From NCBI RefSeq assembly GCF_043950625.1, contig NZ_CP171007.1: 32,000 nt of DNA; one strand, written 5' to 3'. The position numbers and the translations under genes were made by a program. The stretch's first letter is position 1, and each line of letters opens with the position of its first letter. Positions 9,362 through 17,030 of this stretch are shown one piece after another. The stretch is from Alkanindiges sp. WGS2144 (GTDB lineage: Bacteria > Pseudomonadota > Gammaproteobacteria > Pseudomonadales > Moraxellaceae). The notes below the pieces were generated by a model. That model saw only the letters and a list, made by a program, of their open reading frames with translations, had not been told where the DNA came from and ran no database searches.

Positions 9362-10074
9362 TGCGGCAGATCAGCTTAGATATTGAAACACATCTTGATG
9401 CCCAGATCAGTGATTTTGAAGGGCCAGGCTGGAAGCCAGTCATTGATGCAGCGCGTCAAATGCATGTGGGCTTACTGAACCGTTTTTATTTATATGGTGA
9501 AGCAGGCACCGGTAAGTCGCACGTATTAACCGCCATATGTGAATCCTATCTGGACATGCAGCGTAGTGCCATTAAAGTATCCCTGCTTGACTTGCTGGAC
9601 GCTCCTATCGAAGCCATTACTTCCCTGGAAAACTATGATCTGGTGGCACTGGATGATATTGAAACCATCAGCGGAGTAATTCACTGGCAGCGTGCGATAT
9701 TTCACCTGATTAACTCCAGTGGTGAAGGTGGTGGGCAACTTATCTTTTCTTCGCGTGTTTCTCCCAATGAATTAAAGTTTGAGTTGCCTGATCTGCAGTC
9801 ACGTTTAACCCAGGCGGTAAGCTTTAAAGTGCCTGATGGTAGCAATCTTGCTGATCGTGAAGCACTCATTAAAGCAGTACTGAAAAGACGCGGATTGCAT
9901 TTTGATGCCCAGATCGTAGACTATTTATTGCACCATGGTCCGCACAAGTCCGCTGCTTTATTAAAAACCATTGAGCAACTTGATGCCTTATTGCATGGTG
10001 ACCGTAGAAAGCTTGCCAACAGCACCCGCCGGCAAATCTATGCACTCATTGATGAGTACAATAAATTCAAGTAA
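9361..10074 (+). CDS. hda: DnaA regulatory inactivator Hda.
   Basis: 237 aa with a DnaA-like AAA+ module and Walker A YGEAGTGKSH. TAATG overlap with the upstream permease stop. Confidence 0.85.
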   Translation: MRQISLDIETHLDAQISDFEGPGWKPVIDAARQMHVGLLNRFYLYGEAGTGKSHVLTAICESYLDMQRSAIKVSLLDLLDAPIEAITSLENYDLVALDDIETISGVIHWQRAIFHLINSSGEGGGQLIFSSRVSPNELKFELPDLQSRLTQAVSFKVPDGSNLADREALIKAVLKRRGLHFDAQIVDYLLHHGPHKSAALLKTIEQLDALLHGDRRKLANSTRRQIYALIDEYNKFK

Positions 10075-10213
10075 AAGCCAGGTTACCCAGTCATAAAAAG
10101 CTTGTCTGTTAGGCGCAGGTGTGCCAAAGTATCGTACCGCCAAGGAATTACATTCTCTACTGAGTGTCCAAATGGCTGTAGAAAATAATAACGCTCGAGA
10201 AGGAGTCGCGTTT

Positions 10214-12121
10214 ATGCTCAAGCGCACAATTGGCCTGGGGCTTCTGTGCATGGCTAGTCATGCTTACAGTGCAAATATTGTGGTCAACACCACAGAAGAT
10301 GAGTTTGATGATAAAACTGCTAATGAAACCTGCTCGTTACGTGAAGCCATTGAGCTGATCAATCGGGCCGATGTCAATGGTATCATTCCAGAAGAAGGTT
10401 TTGGCGGTTGCTCTGGCAAGAACGCAAGTCCTTCGATTGTGCTTGAAGCGGGCAAGACATACACAATTAATAAGCAGCTTGAAATCAAGCGCTCTCTTAG
10501 CATCAATATTCTGGATGAATATGGAAATGCCACTAGAGTTAATGGTGAGAACAACGCCACTATTCAGGCTAAGGGTGCTCATCGTATTCTTCTGATTGAT
10601 GATAAAAATCCGAATATCGCAAACTTAACCGTTACTATTAGTCAGGTTGACTTAGAGGGCTGTGGTTTAGTAACCAAGGATTCGGCTTGCGACACTTATG
10701 GCGGCCTGATTTTTAACCGCGAAAATCTAACCATGAGCTATGCGCGTTTAAAGGGCGGGATAGCCAGCATAGGTGGTGGTGCTATTTATAATGAAGGCGT
10801 TGTAGAGCCGGGATCCAGCTCATCTTTTGCCGGGCAACTCACCTTGTCAGATGTATATATTCATAATAATAAAGCGAATCAGGGCGGTGCCATTTTTAGT
10901 GTACAGCCACGCTACGCCATTACAAATTCGGTCATTCGGGACAATGAGGCAACTGATAACAATGAAGGAACAGTTATTTACGTTAGTCAGCCTGGTGAAG
11001 TGAGCAGTGAAGGTAGTGGTGCCAAGACGGCCAACATAACAAACTCAACAATTTTTGCCAACAAAGGCCAGGTAATTAACCTGTTAGATGGCATGACCAT
11101 TAATAACAGTACTATCATCAAAAATACGGCAGGGGTTTATCTCAATTCTGCCAATGGTGTGGCTAACCTGGCCAATAGTATCGTGGCTGAAAATGGTAGC
11201 AGTGATTGTATCGTTGCCAAAACCAATAAAGCCGTAACCAATAATCTGGTCTATAAAAATGCAAGTAGTGCGGGCGATTGTAGGGCTACGCAAGATGCTG
11301 GCAACCCCAATACCCAGCTTGCAGCAGGTACCCGGCTGATTGCCAATGCCGATATTGGTGATAAACAACTGGAAGGCAAGTGTGACAAGCCACCCAAAGA
11401 CGGTTTGTTATGCCCTTTTCATGAGGAAAAAGAGATCTTTAATGGTTTCTTTAAACCAAGACTACTCACCAGTTATAAAAAATTATCTGAATCTCCGATC
11501 ATCAACAAAGGTAATACAGTTAAAGAGAACAACTCCAGTCAAACTCAGGTTCTGACTTGTGCGACCAGTGATCAGCGTAGGGTCACGCGTGAAAGTGCGT
11601 TTTTATGTGATATAGGTGCCATAGAGCTGATTATTGAAGATAAAGGAAAAGTCGGTCAGGATATTAAATTTGGACAAACTGCTGAAATTGATCTAACCGA
11701 TTATCTGGGCGATGGTCAATTATGGCCCAAGCAATTATGTAATGATGTTTTTGAAGACTTTAGTCATCCACCCGCGCCTCCAGAAGGTGGCTGGCAGGAC
11801 GGCTGCCTGCAAGTAGTGCGAGATATGGGAGAGAAAAAGGGTGATCTATTCTTAAGTAGTGAAGGCCTGCTCAACTATGTGCCCTTTAGAAATTACCATG
11901 GTAGCGATAACTTTACAGTTAAACTGGTAACCACAACCAGTCGCTTTTCCCAGGCTGACAATGACCAGGTCGTTACCCTGCGTGGCACTATTGTTCAGGA
12001 ACCTGACAACACCTTTGAAAACAAGTCAGTTAAAGTGTCAGGTGGTAGTGCCGGGCTGCTAGGTCTGTTCGGCATGTTGGGCCTCGTATGGATACGTCGC
12101 CGCTTACAGGGAGAAAAGTAA
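10214..12121 (+). CDS. Secreted CSLREA-domain / parallel beta-helix (Pmp-repeat-like) / cadherin-like protein with a GlyGly-CTERM sorting signal; predicted rhombosortase substrate.
   Basis: AGGAG at 10201-10205 lies 8 nt before the ATG at 10214; the track start at 10121 is a GTG. Signal peptide MLKRTIGLGLLCMASHAYS. CSLREAI at 10331-10348. GGAIYNEG/GGAIFSV and NSTI turns. DQRR...CDIGAIE cap at 11579-11635. The C-terminus reads GGSAGLLGLFGMLGLVWIRRRLQGEK. Confidence 0.8.
   Translation: MLKRTIGLGLLCMASHAYSANIVVNTTEDEFDDKTANETCSLREAIELINRADVNGIIPEEGFGGCSGKNASPSIVLEAGKTYTINKQLEIKRSLSINILDEYGNATRVNGENNATIQAKGAHRILLIDDKNPNIANLTVTISQVDLEGCGLVTKDSACDTYGGLIFNRENLTMSYARLKGGIASIGGGAIYNEGVVEPGSSSSFAGQLTLSDVYIHNNKANQGGAIFSVQPRYAITNSVIRDNEATDNNEGTVIYVSQPGEVSSEGSGAKTANITNSTIFANKGQVINLLDGMTINNSTIIKNTAGVYLNSANGVANLANSIVAENGSSDCIVAKTNKAVTNNLVYKNASSAGDCRATQDAGNPNTQLAAGTRLIANADIGDKQLEGKCDKPPKDGLLCPFHEEKEIFNGFFKPRLLTSYKKLSESPIINKGNTVKENNSSQTQVLTCATSDQRRVTRESAFLCDIGAIELIIEDKGKVGQDIKFGQTAEIDLTDYLGDGQLWPKQLCNDVFEDFSHPPAPPEGGWQDGCLQVVRDMGEKKGDLFLSSEGLLNYVPFRNYHGSDNFTVKLVTTTSRFSQADNDQVVTLRGTIVQEPDNTFENKSVKVSGGSAGLLGLFGMLGLVWIRRRLQGEK
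12041..12118 (+). other. GlyGly-CTERM-like sorting signal within the CDS: Gly-Gly, a hydrophobic helix, then an Arg cluster.
   Basis: GGSAGLLGLFGMLGLVWIRRRLQGEK at the extreme C-terminus. Confidence 0.7.
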
Positions 12122-14571
12122 TGTATCGTAAGTCGTTATTGGCTTTAATGATTTTAGCCGCTATTCCGGTTACTGCTGCTACAGACACGACTCTTTATGT
12201 CACCACTTTTGAAGATGAAGATGGTGAAAACAGTAATACTTGCTCATTACGCGAAGCAATTAAGGCTGCTAAAGATAAACGTGCCTATGGCGGCTGTATT
12301 GCTGGTCAGGCAAATGTTACCAATCAGATTCAGTTAAAGGCCGGTGTCTACAAACTCAAGAAGCCGTTGATCATTAACTCAAGCGTGACCATTTCTGGTG
12401 ATGACGCATTTAATTACGATAGAACAGATGCATATACAAGCAGCTTCCCTGCCCGCAGTGACTTACAAACAACCATTGAAGGAAATGGAAGCTTTAGTCT
12501 GTTTGATTCTACTAACTCACGCAGCACGTTAAGTTTCAATACTGTCATCCTAAAGAATGGCGGAGGGGCCTATGGCGGAGCAATACGAGCTGGAGGATTA
12601 GTCAACCTGAATCGGGTCTATATTCTTGACTCTACTGCTGAAAGGTCTGGGGGAGCAATTTACCTGGAAGGATCCGAGGCCACCTTAACAGCTGCAGATA
12701 CCTTGTTTGAAGGCAATAATGCAGATCGCGGTGCTGTGATTGGTATGTCCTGTGTGGATAATATTAAATGGACTCCGCACAGTATTATTCTGGATCGTAA
12801 TAGTATCATTAGGAACGGTGGAGCTAACACACAAAACATTATTGAGTTTTGTGGTAGTGTAACAAGTACAATTAGTGCTTCGACCATTGCAAACAACAAG
12901 AGTCGTGATGCGATTATCAAATTTACCGATGATACGTCTCGGGACTATATTCTTTCTCCTAGCAGCAGTTTAGTGCTCAATAGTAATACGATTGTAGAGA
13001 ATATAGCGTTGTCTACTTTGCTATATGACATGGCTGCTTCACTCAACTTAAGCAATAACGTCATTGCCTATAACAATGGTGGAAAAAGTTGCCGTTATGC
13101 CGGTGATTCTTCGCCAGAAGATTTTCAAAAAATGGATAGCAGTAATGTCACTGCATATTATAATGCGGTTAAAAAGCCCATAGAAAAAACCAGCCGCAAT
13201 GATGACTGTGATTTGCCAGGTCATTTGTATAAAGCCGACACTAGCAAATTTGTTGATGTATCCAGTATCTCTTTTGCGTCTGTATTAAGTGATTTGAGTG
13301 ATATAAAAGACGGGATTTTACCTTTTTATTTGCCTAAGCCCAAACCTGAAGGTGCTACAGTTGTCACTCTTGTTGACGCAGGTGAGGCAAGTTGTAGTGC
13401 TCTGGATCAGCGAGGAGTGTTACGTAGTGGGCCACAAAGCAGTAATACTCGCCTTGAAAAAAATAAGTGTGATATAGGTTCTGTTGAAATCAGCCGCTTA
13501 CAGGCAGGCGATGTGATTGGGGTTGGAAATAACTCTGTAGTGCAGCGTACCAAACAATATGAGCGTAATATCGATTATTATGAGTCAATATTGGATAGTG
13601 ACTCATTAGACAAAAAACTGATTAGTCGCTATAAACAATTATTGGAAGAGGAAGAACAAGCGTTTAAAGCTTTTAAAGCAACATTGGCTTACCGTCAGGC
13701 ATATGTTGACGTTTTTGAGATGAGTACCTCCCAGGAAGTATATAATGCTGCGCAAACTGCGACTACAGTTGAGCGTTTTGAAGATGACAAGTATAACATC
13801 AAGGTAGAGGCACTTGGGCGGGGTGCGCAGCAGTTTATAGAGCGTCCAACGGATACTTCATTAATTGATGTAGGGCAAAAAGCCAATATAAGTTGTAAAT
13901 GGGAGCCTGTCTTAAAACAAATTCTGGTGCGCCGTACTGATAATGTAAATGGTAAGCCCTATGCAGTAACTACACCTTCAGGTGAATACGAATACTGTAA
14001 ATATACACTTAGCTTGAAATCTGATCCTTCGGTAACTTCCACAGGTTATGTGCAAGCACAAATCATCAATATTGCACCTATAGCAAATGATGATACGTTC
14101 TATATTAAATATGGGAGTAATCAGAAATTAGAGCTGAATATACTGGCTAATGATAACGATGATGGCGATGGAGGAGTAGAAGTTAAAGGTTATCCTAGTC
14201 AGCATAAACCATTTTTCCAGGATCCTGAAACCGGGCGTTATGCCAATATTAAATTGGTAAAAAAACCAGAGCTGGGTCAACTGATCTTTGAGCATCAGCA
14301 ACCTTGCCCGGATAACTCGTCTAGTCGTCCTGAAGAAACCTGCTACGGTGGAAAACTGGTGTATCAGGCTGATAATACATTCTCCACCTTTAATGATTCC
14401 TTCAGCTATAAAGTACTGGATCAGGATCTAATGGAGTCTAATGAGGCAACAGTTAAGATTACGAACACAGCAACGACTTCAGATGATACCCGTAATAGCG
14501 GAGGTGGGTCGTTTGGTATTGCCGGATTGCTGGGATTAATGGGTCTGGCCTGGTTGCGTCGTAGAGGGTAA
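12121..14571 (+). CDS. Second secreted CSLREA-domain / parallel beta-helix / coiled-coil / cadherin-like protein with a GlyGly-CTERM sorting signal; predicted rhombosortase substrate.
   Basis: The ATG at 12121 overlaps the upstream stop (TAATG), with GGAG at about 12105-12108. Signal peptide MYRKSLLALMILAAIPVTAA. CSLREAI at 12241-12258. GGAIRAGG/GGAIYLEG/FEGNNADRGAVI. DQRG...CDIGSVE at 13404-13488. PIANDDTFYIKYGSNQKLELNILANDNDDGDGG...FNDSFSYKVLDQD. The C-terminus reads GGGSFGIAGLLGLMGLAWLRRRG. Confidence 0.8.
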   Translation: MYRKSLLALMILAAIPVTAATDTTLYVTTFEDEDGENSNTCSLREAIKAAKDKRAYGGCIAGQANVTNQIQLKAGVYKLKKPLIINSSVTISGDDAFNYDRTDAYTSSFPARSDLQTTIEGNGSFSLFDSTNSRSTLSFNTVILKNGGGAYGGAIRAGGLVNLNRVYILDSTAERSGGAIYLEGSEATLTAADTLFEGNNADRGAVIGMSCVDNIKWTPHSIILDRNSIIRNGGANTQNIIEFCGSVTSTISASTIANNKSRDAIIKFTDDTSRDYILSPSSSLVLNSNTIVENIALSTLLYDMAASLNLSNNVIAYNNGGKSCRYAGDSSPEDFQKMDSSNVTAYYNAVKKPIEKTSRNDDCDLPGHLYKADTSKFVDVSSISFASVLSDLSDIKDGILPFYLPKPKPEGATVVTLVDAGEASCSALDQRGVLRSGPQSSNTRLEKNKCDIGSVEISRLQAGDVIGVGNNSVVQRTKQYERNIDYYESILDSDSLDKKLISRYKQLLEEEEQAFKAFKATLAYRQAYVDVFEMSTSQEVYNAAQTATTVERFEDDKYNIKVEALGRGAQQFIERPTDTSLIDVGQKANISCKWEPVLKQILVRRTDNVNGKPYAVTTPSGEYEYCKYTLSLKSDPSVTSTGYVQAQIINIAPIANDDTFYIKYGSNQKLELNILANDNDDGDGGVEVKGYPSQHKPFFQDPETGRYANIKLVKKPELGQLIFEHQQPCPDNSSSRPEETCYGGKLVYQADNTFSTFNDSFSYKVLDQDLMESNEATVKITNTATTSDDTRNSGGGSFGIAGLLGLMGLAWLRRRG
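14500..14568 (+). other. GlyGly-CTERM-like sorting signal within the CDS.
   Basis: GGGSFGIAGLLGLMGLAWLRRRG at the extreme C-terminus. Confidence 0.7.
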
Positions 14572-14584
14572 ATATAGCATCCAT

Positions 14585-14614
14585 AAAAAACCCATCATAT
14601 TGATGGGTTTTTTT
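14585..14614. terminator. Bidirectional rho-independent terminator between convergent operons.
   Basis: AAAAAA-CCCATCA-tat-TGATGGG-TTTTTTT: a perfect 7-bp stem flanked by an A-run and a T-run, so it reads as hairpin plus U-tract on both strands. Confidence 0.85.
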
Positions 14615-14617
14615 AGT

Positions 14618-14989
14618 TTAATCATATTTTTCCAGAATTTTTTCCCGCAACTTAATCCGCTGTTCAGCAGATGCATCTTTTAATTGATTTTTCCAGTATT
14701 CACGCTCGCTGGCACTCATATTCTGCCACACTTCACGCATACGCTGCTGCTGCTCTTTGGGAAGCTGACTAAACCAGTCCATGCGCTGTTGTAAGTCCTG
14801 ACGATCTTTATCATCCAACTGATGAAGCAACTGGTAGCTGTTTAATAGTTCACGGCGCTGTTCCTGACTTAGCATTTGCCAACTGGCTGTACTTGGGGCA
14901 GCAGGTTTTTCTTCGGTATTGGCAATACTGGTTGTTGCCAGGCTGCTGAATAATACAAGGCCCAAATAACGAAAGTAATTAGCTGCCAT
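14618..14989 (-). CDS. Periplasmic repeat protein (DUF3106-like), last gene of the ECF operon.
   Basis: 123 aa. Signal peptide ...LVLFSSLATTSIANT. Repeated W-x2-(L/M)-(S/P)-x2-(E/Q)(Q/R)R units: WQMLSQEQRREL, WFSQLPKEQQQRM, WQNMSASEREYW, ASAEQRIKL. 11-nt overlap with the upstream gene. Confidence 0.6.
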   Translation of the reverse strand: MAANYFRYLGLVLFSSLATTSIANTEEKPAAPSTASWQMLSQEQRRELLNSYQLLHQLDDKDRQDLQQRMDWFSQLPKEQQQRMREVWQNMSASEREYWKNQLKDASAEQRIKLREKILEKYD

Positions 14990-15305
14990 ATTTTTTATTT
15001 TCCATGCCGAGCAGGCTGAGCATTTCCAGATCTTCGATCATTTGAGGTGATAACTTGGCATTACTGACGGTTTGATTGGATGGGGTGCCGGGCTGCTGTG
15101 ATAGCAGGTTCGGTGCCAGGCTAATACCGGTAATGGCTGCTGCCAATGCGAAACCACTAAATGCCCAGATATGGCGCTTTGCTGCAGCACGAGGCCGGAT
15201 AGCCTGCATAACATGGTCAAGCACCATGTCCTGATCGGGATGCTGCCTGGCTTCTTCATCCAGGGTCTGGATAATCTTGCGGGTGAATTCATCATGGGGA
15301 TTCAT
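14979..15305 (-). CDS. Putative single-pass anti-sigma factor (DUF3619-like, non-zinc type).
   Basis: 108 aa, starting 16 nt downstream of the ECF sigma stop. One TM segment (IWAFSGFALAAAITGISLAP). No Cys, so no HxxxCxxC. The call rests on position and topology only. Confidence 0.5.
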   Translation of the reverse strand: MNPHDEFTRKIIQTLDEEARQHPDQDMVLDHVMQAIRPRAAAKRHIWAFSGFALAAAITGISLAPNLLSQQPGTPSNQTVSNAKLSPQMIEDLEMLSLLGMENKKYGS

Positions 15306-15321
15306 TGTATGGCCCTCACGG

Positions 15322-15921
15322 TTATTCAGGATTGAATTGTGAAAGATGGATGCGTAAAGCCTGTATAGCCCGATGGTAATGGGTTTTTACACTGCCTTCG
15401 CTGCACTGCATAATACCGGCAGTGGTTTTAGTATCCAGATTTTCCCAAGCACGTAACATAAATGCCTGCTGCTGACGCATAGGCAGACGGGCAATGGCTT
15501 TTTGTATTTCCTGTAGGGTAAATTCCCGGCTTAAAAAATCAGCCGGGTTAATATTTTGTGTATCTTCAATCAGCAAACTGGCATCCAGCTCGTGGTCGTC
15601 GTCCAGTACCACTGGTTTTAGCCAGGTAAAGCGTTTTTGCTTACGAATTTCCTGCCGGCGCCAATCCATAAGCCGATTGTTTAAAATAGTATAAAACAAT
15701 GGTGTCCATTCAGTGCCAGGGCGTTTGGCATAGTTTTGATGCAGGGCAATAAAGCTGTCCTGAACCAAATCACGCGCCACGTCATGCTGGCCAGTTGCGG
15801 CTTCCATCATCATGAGGGCACGACCATTGACCTGCTGAATAAACGCACGCAGGCGCTGCTCTGTACTCGCAGTGGAGTCGGCAGTTAAGGAGGATACATC
15901 TGACTCTGGAAAAGAATCCAT
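15322..15921 (-). CDS. ECF-type sigma-70 family RNA polymerase sigma factor.
   Basis: Region 2 (ARDLVQDSFIALHQNY...FYTILNNRLMDWRR) and region 4 HTH (LPMRQQQAFMLRAWENLDTKTTAGIMQCSEGSVKTHYHRAIQALR). The track start at 16011 is a GTG. I chose the ATG at 15921; the ATG at 15969 is an alternative. Confidence 0.85.
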   Translation of the reverse strand: MDSFPESDVSSLTADSTASTEQRLRAFIQQVNGRALMMMEAATGQHDVARDLVQDSFIALHQNYAKRPGTEWTPLFYTILNNRLMDWRRQEIRKQKRFTWLKPVVLDDDHELDASLLIEDTQNINPADFLSREFTLQEIQKAIARLPMRQQQAFMLRAWENLDTKTTAGIMQCSEGSVKTHYHRAIQALRIHLSQFNPE

Positions 15922-16084
15922 GCGTATGGAATATCCCGTCACCTTATAAGCTCCATCAGGACAAGTCATAAACACAGCATGTGTACTTATAACGCTGTAA
16001 TGATGTCGCACGTTGACATAAAAGCAAGATCAGGAACAAAAAGTTTATACAAAGTGAAGGCAAATGTCTAAATGAGAAATAAAA

Positions 16085-16876
16085 TCAGCAGTGCAGGCGC
16101 TGTCTAACCATTTCAAATAAACACACAGCGCCAGCCACGGCTACATTTAACGACTCTTGCCCTCCAGGCTGAGGTATAGCAATGCTTTGTGCATGGTGTA
16201 AAAGCGACTCGCTCACTCCCTGACCTTCATTACCCATTAACCACGCACAGGGCACTTTAAGGTCTAGCTGATATAGTGATTGACTGGCATGTGAGCTTGT
16301 GGCGTAGATCGGCAGATTAAGGTTTGGTAAGAAATCTTCTAGCACGATATGTTCAACAATATTTAAGCCAAACTGGGCACCCATGCCAGCTCGTAAAACC
16401 CGGGGTGACCAGATAGCGGCAGTTCCTGTGCTGCAAACTATTTGTTTGATGCCTGCTGCTGCTGCGGTACGAAGGATTGTTCCTACGTTACCCGGATCTT
16501 GCAGGCTTTCCAGTATTAACATATCAGCTCGCGGATCAATGGTAGATCTTGCATGCGGTATATTAATCACCGCCATTAAATCAATGCCTGGTCCAAGTGT
16601 ACGTATATCCTGATACAGGTTTTCTGCCAATACATATACGGGCAGGCGCGTGATGTGTTCAAGTAGCTGCTGAACTTCGCTATTTTCCAGTGCCCTGGCA
16701 GTCAGATAAATCGCTTCAAGCGGTTGACCCGCCTTAAGGCAGGCATCTATTAAATGAACTCCTTCCAGCACGGTTTGCTGTTGTTTTTTCCGATAGCTGG
16801 CCTGCTCGCATAAGCCACGCAGGTGTTTGACCTTGTGATTATCTTTGGCATGAATATCAGTAAAAAATAAAGTCAT
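16085..16876 (-). CDS. TrmH/SpoU-family RNA 2'-O-methyltransferase.
   Basis: 263 aa with SpoU motifs DPGNVGTILRTAAAAG, LMGNEGQGVS and SLNVAVAGAVCLFE, plus an N-terminal substrate-binding domain. Confidence 0.85.
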   Translation of the reverse strand: MTLFFTDIHAKDNHKVKHLRGLCEQASYRKKQQQTVLEGVHLIDACLKAGQPLEAIYLTARALENSEVQQLLEHITRLPVYVLAENLYQDIRTLGPGIDLMAVINIPHARSTIDPRADMLILESLQDPGNVGTILRTAAAAGIKQIVCSTGTAAIWSPRVLRAGMGAQFGLNIVEHIVLEDFLPNLNLPIYATSSHASQSLYQLDLKVPCAWLMGNEGQGVSESLLHHAQSIAIPQPGGQESLNVAVAGAVCLFEMVRQRLHC

Positions 16877-17030
16877 GATAAGTTGCCTGATCGTGTGAGG
16901 AAGAATTGGTCTTTAAGATTGAATGTACTGTCTATGCACTGATTTAATCTCAAAATCATAGCAGGGCTAAACAGTACATACTGCATCATGGCTAAAGCGG
17001 CAAATGGCAAATGGCGACTGGCTAAGCCGC

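Noticed and set aside
9102-9443. A 113-aa minus-strand ORF spanning the permease/hda junction.
   Set aside because: It overlaps two well-supported plus-strand genes that are translationally coupled, and it has no supporting signals.
10121-10213. N-terminal extensions offered by the track. Examples are GTG 10121 and ATG 12088 for the two large proteins, TTG 5491, TTG 5507, GTG 16011, GTG 23253, GTG 24501, TTG 25145 and TTG 26582.
   Set aside because: The downstream ATGs give canonical N-termini (signal peptides or matches to known family starts) and in several cases have SD sequences. The extensions use rare start codons or overlap upstream genes or operators.
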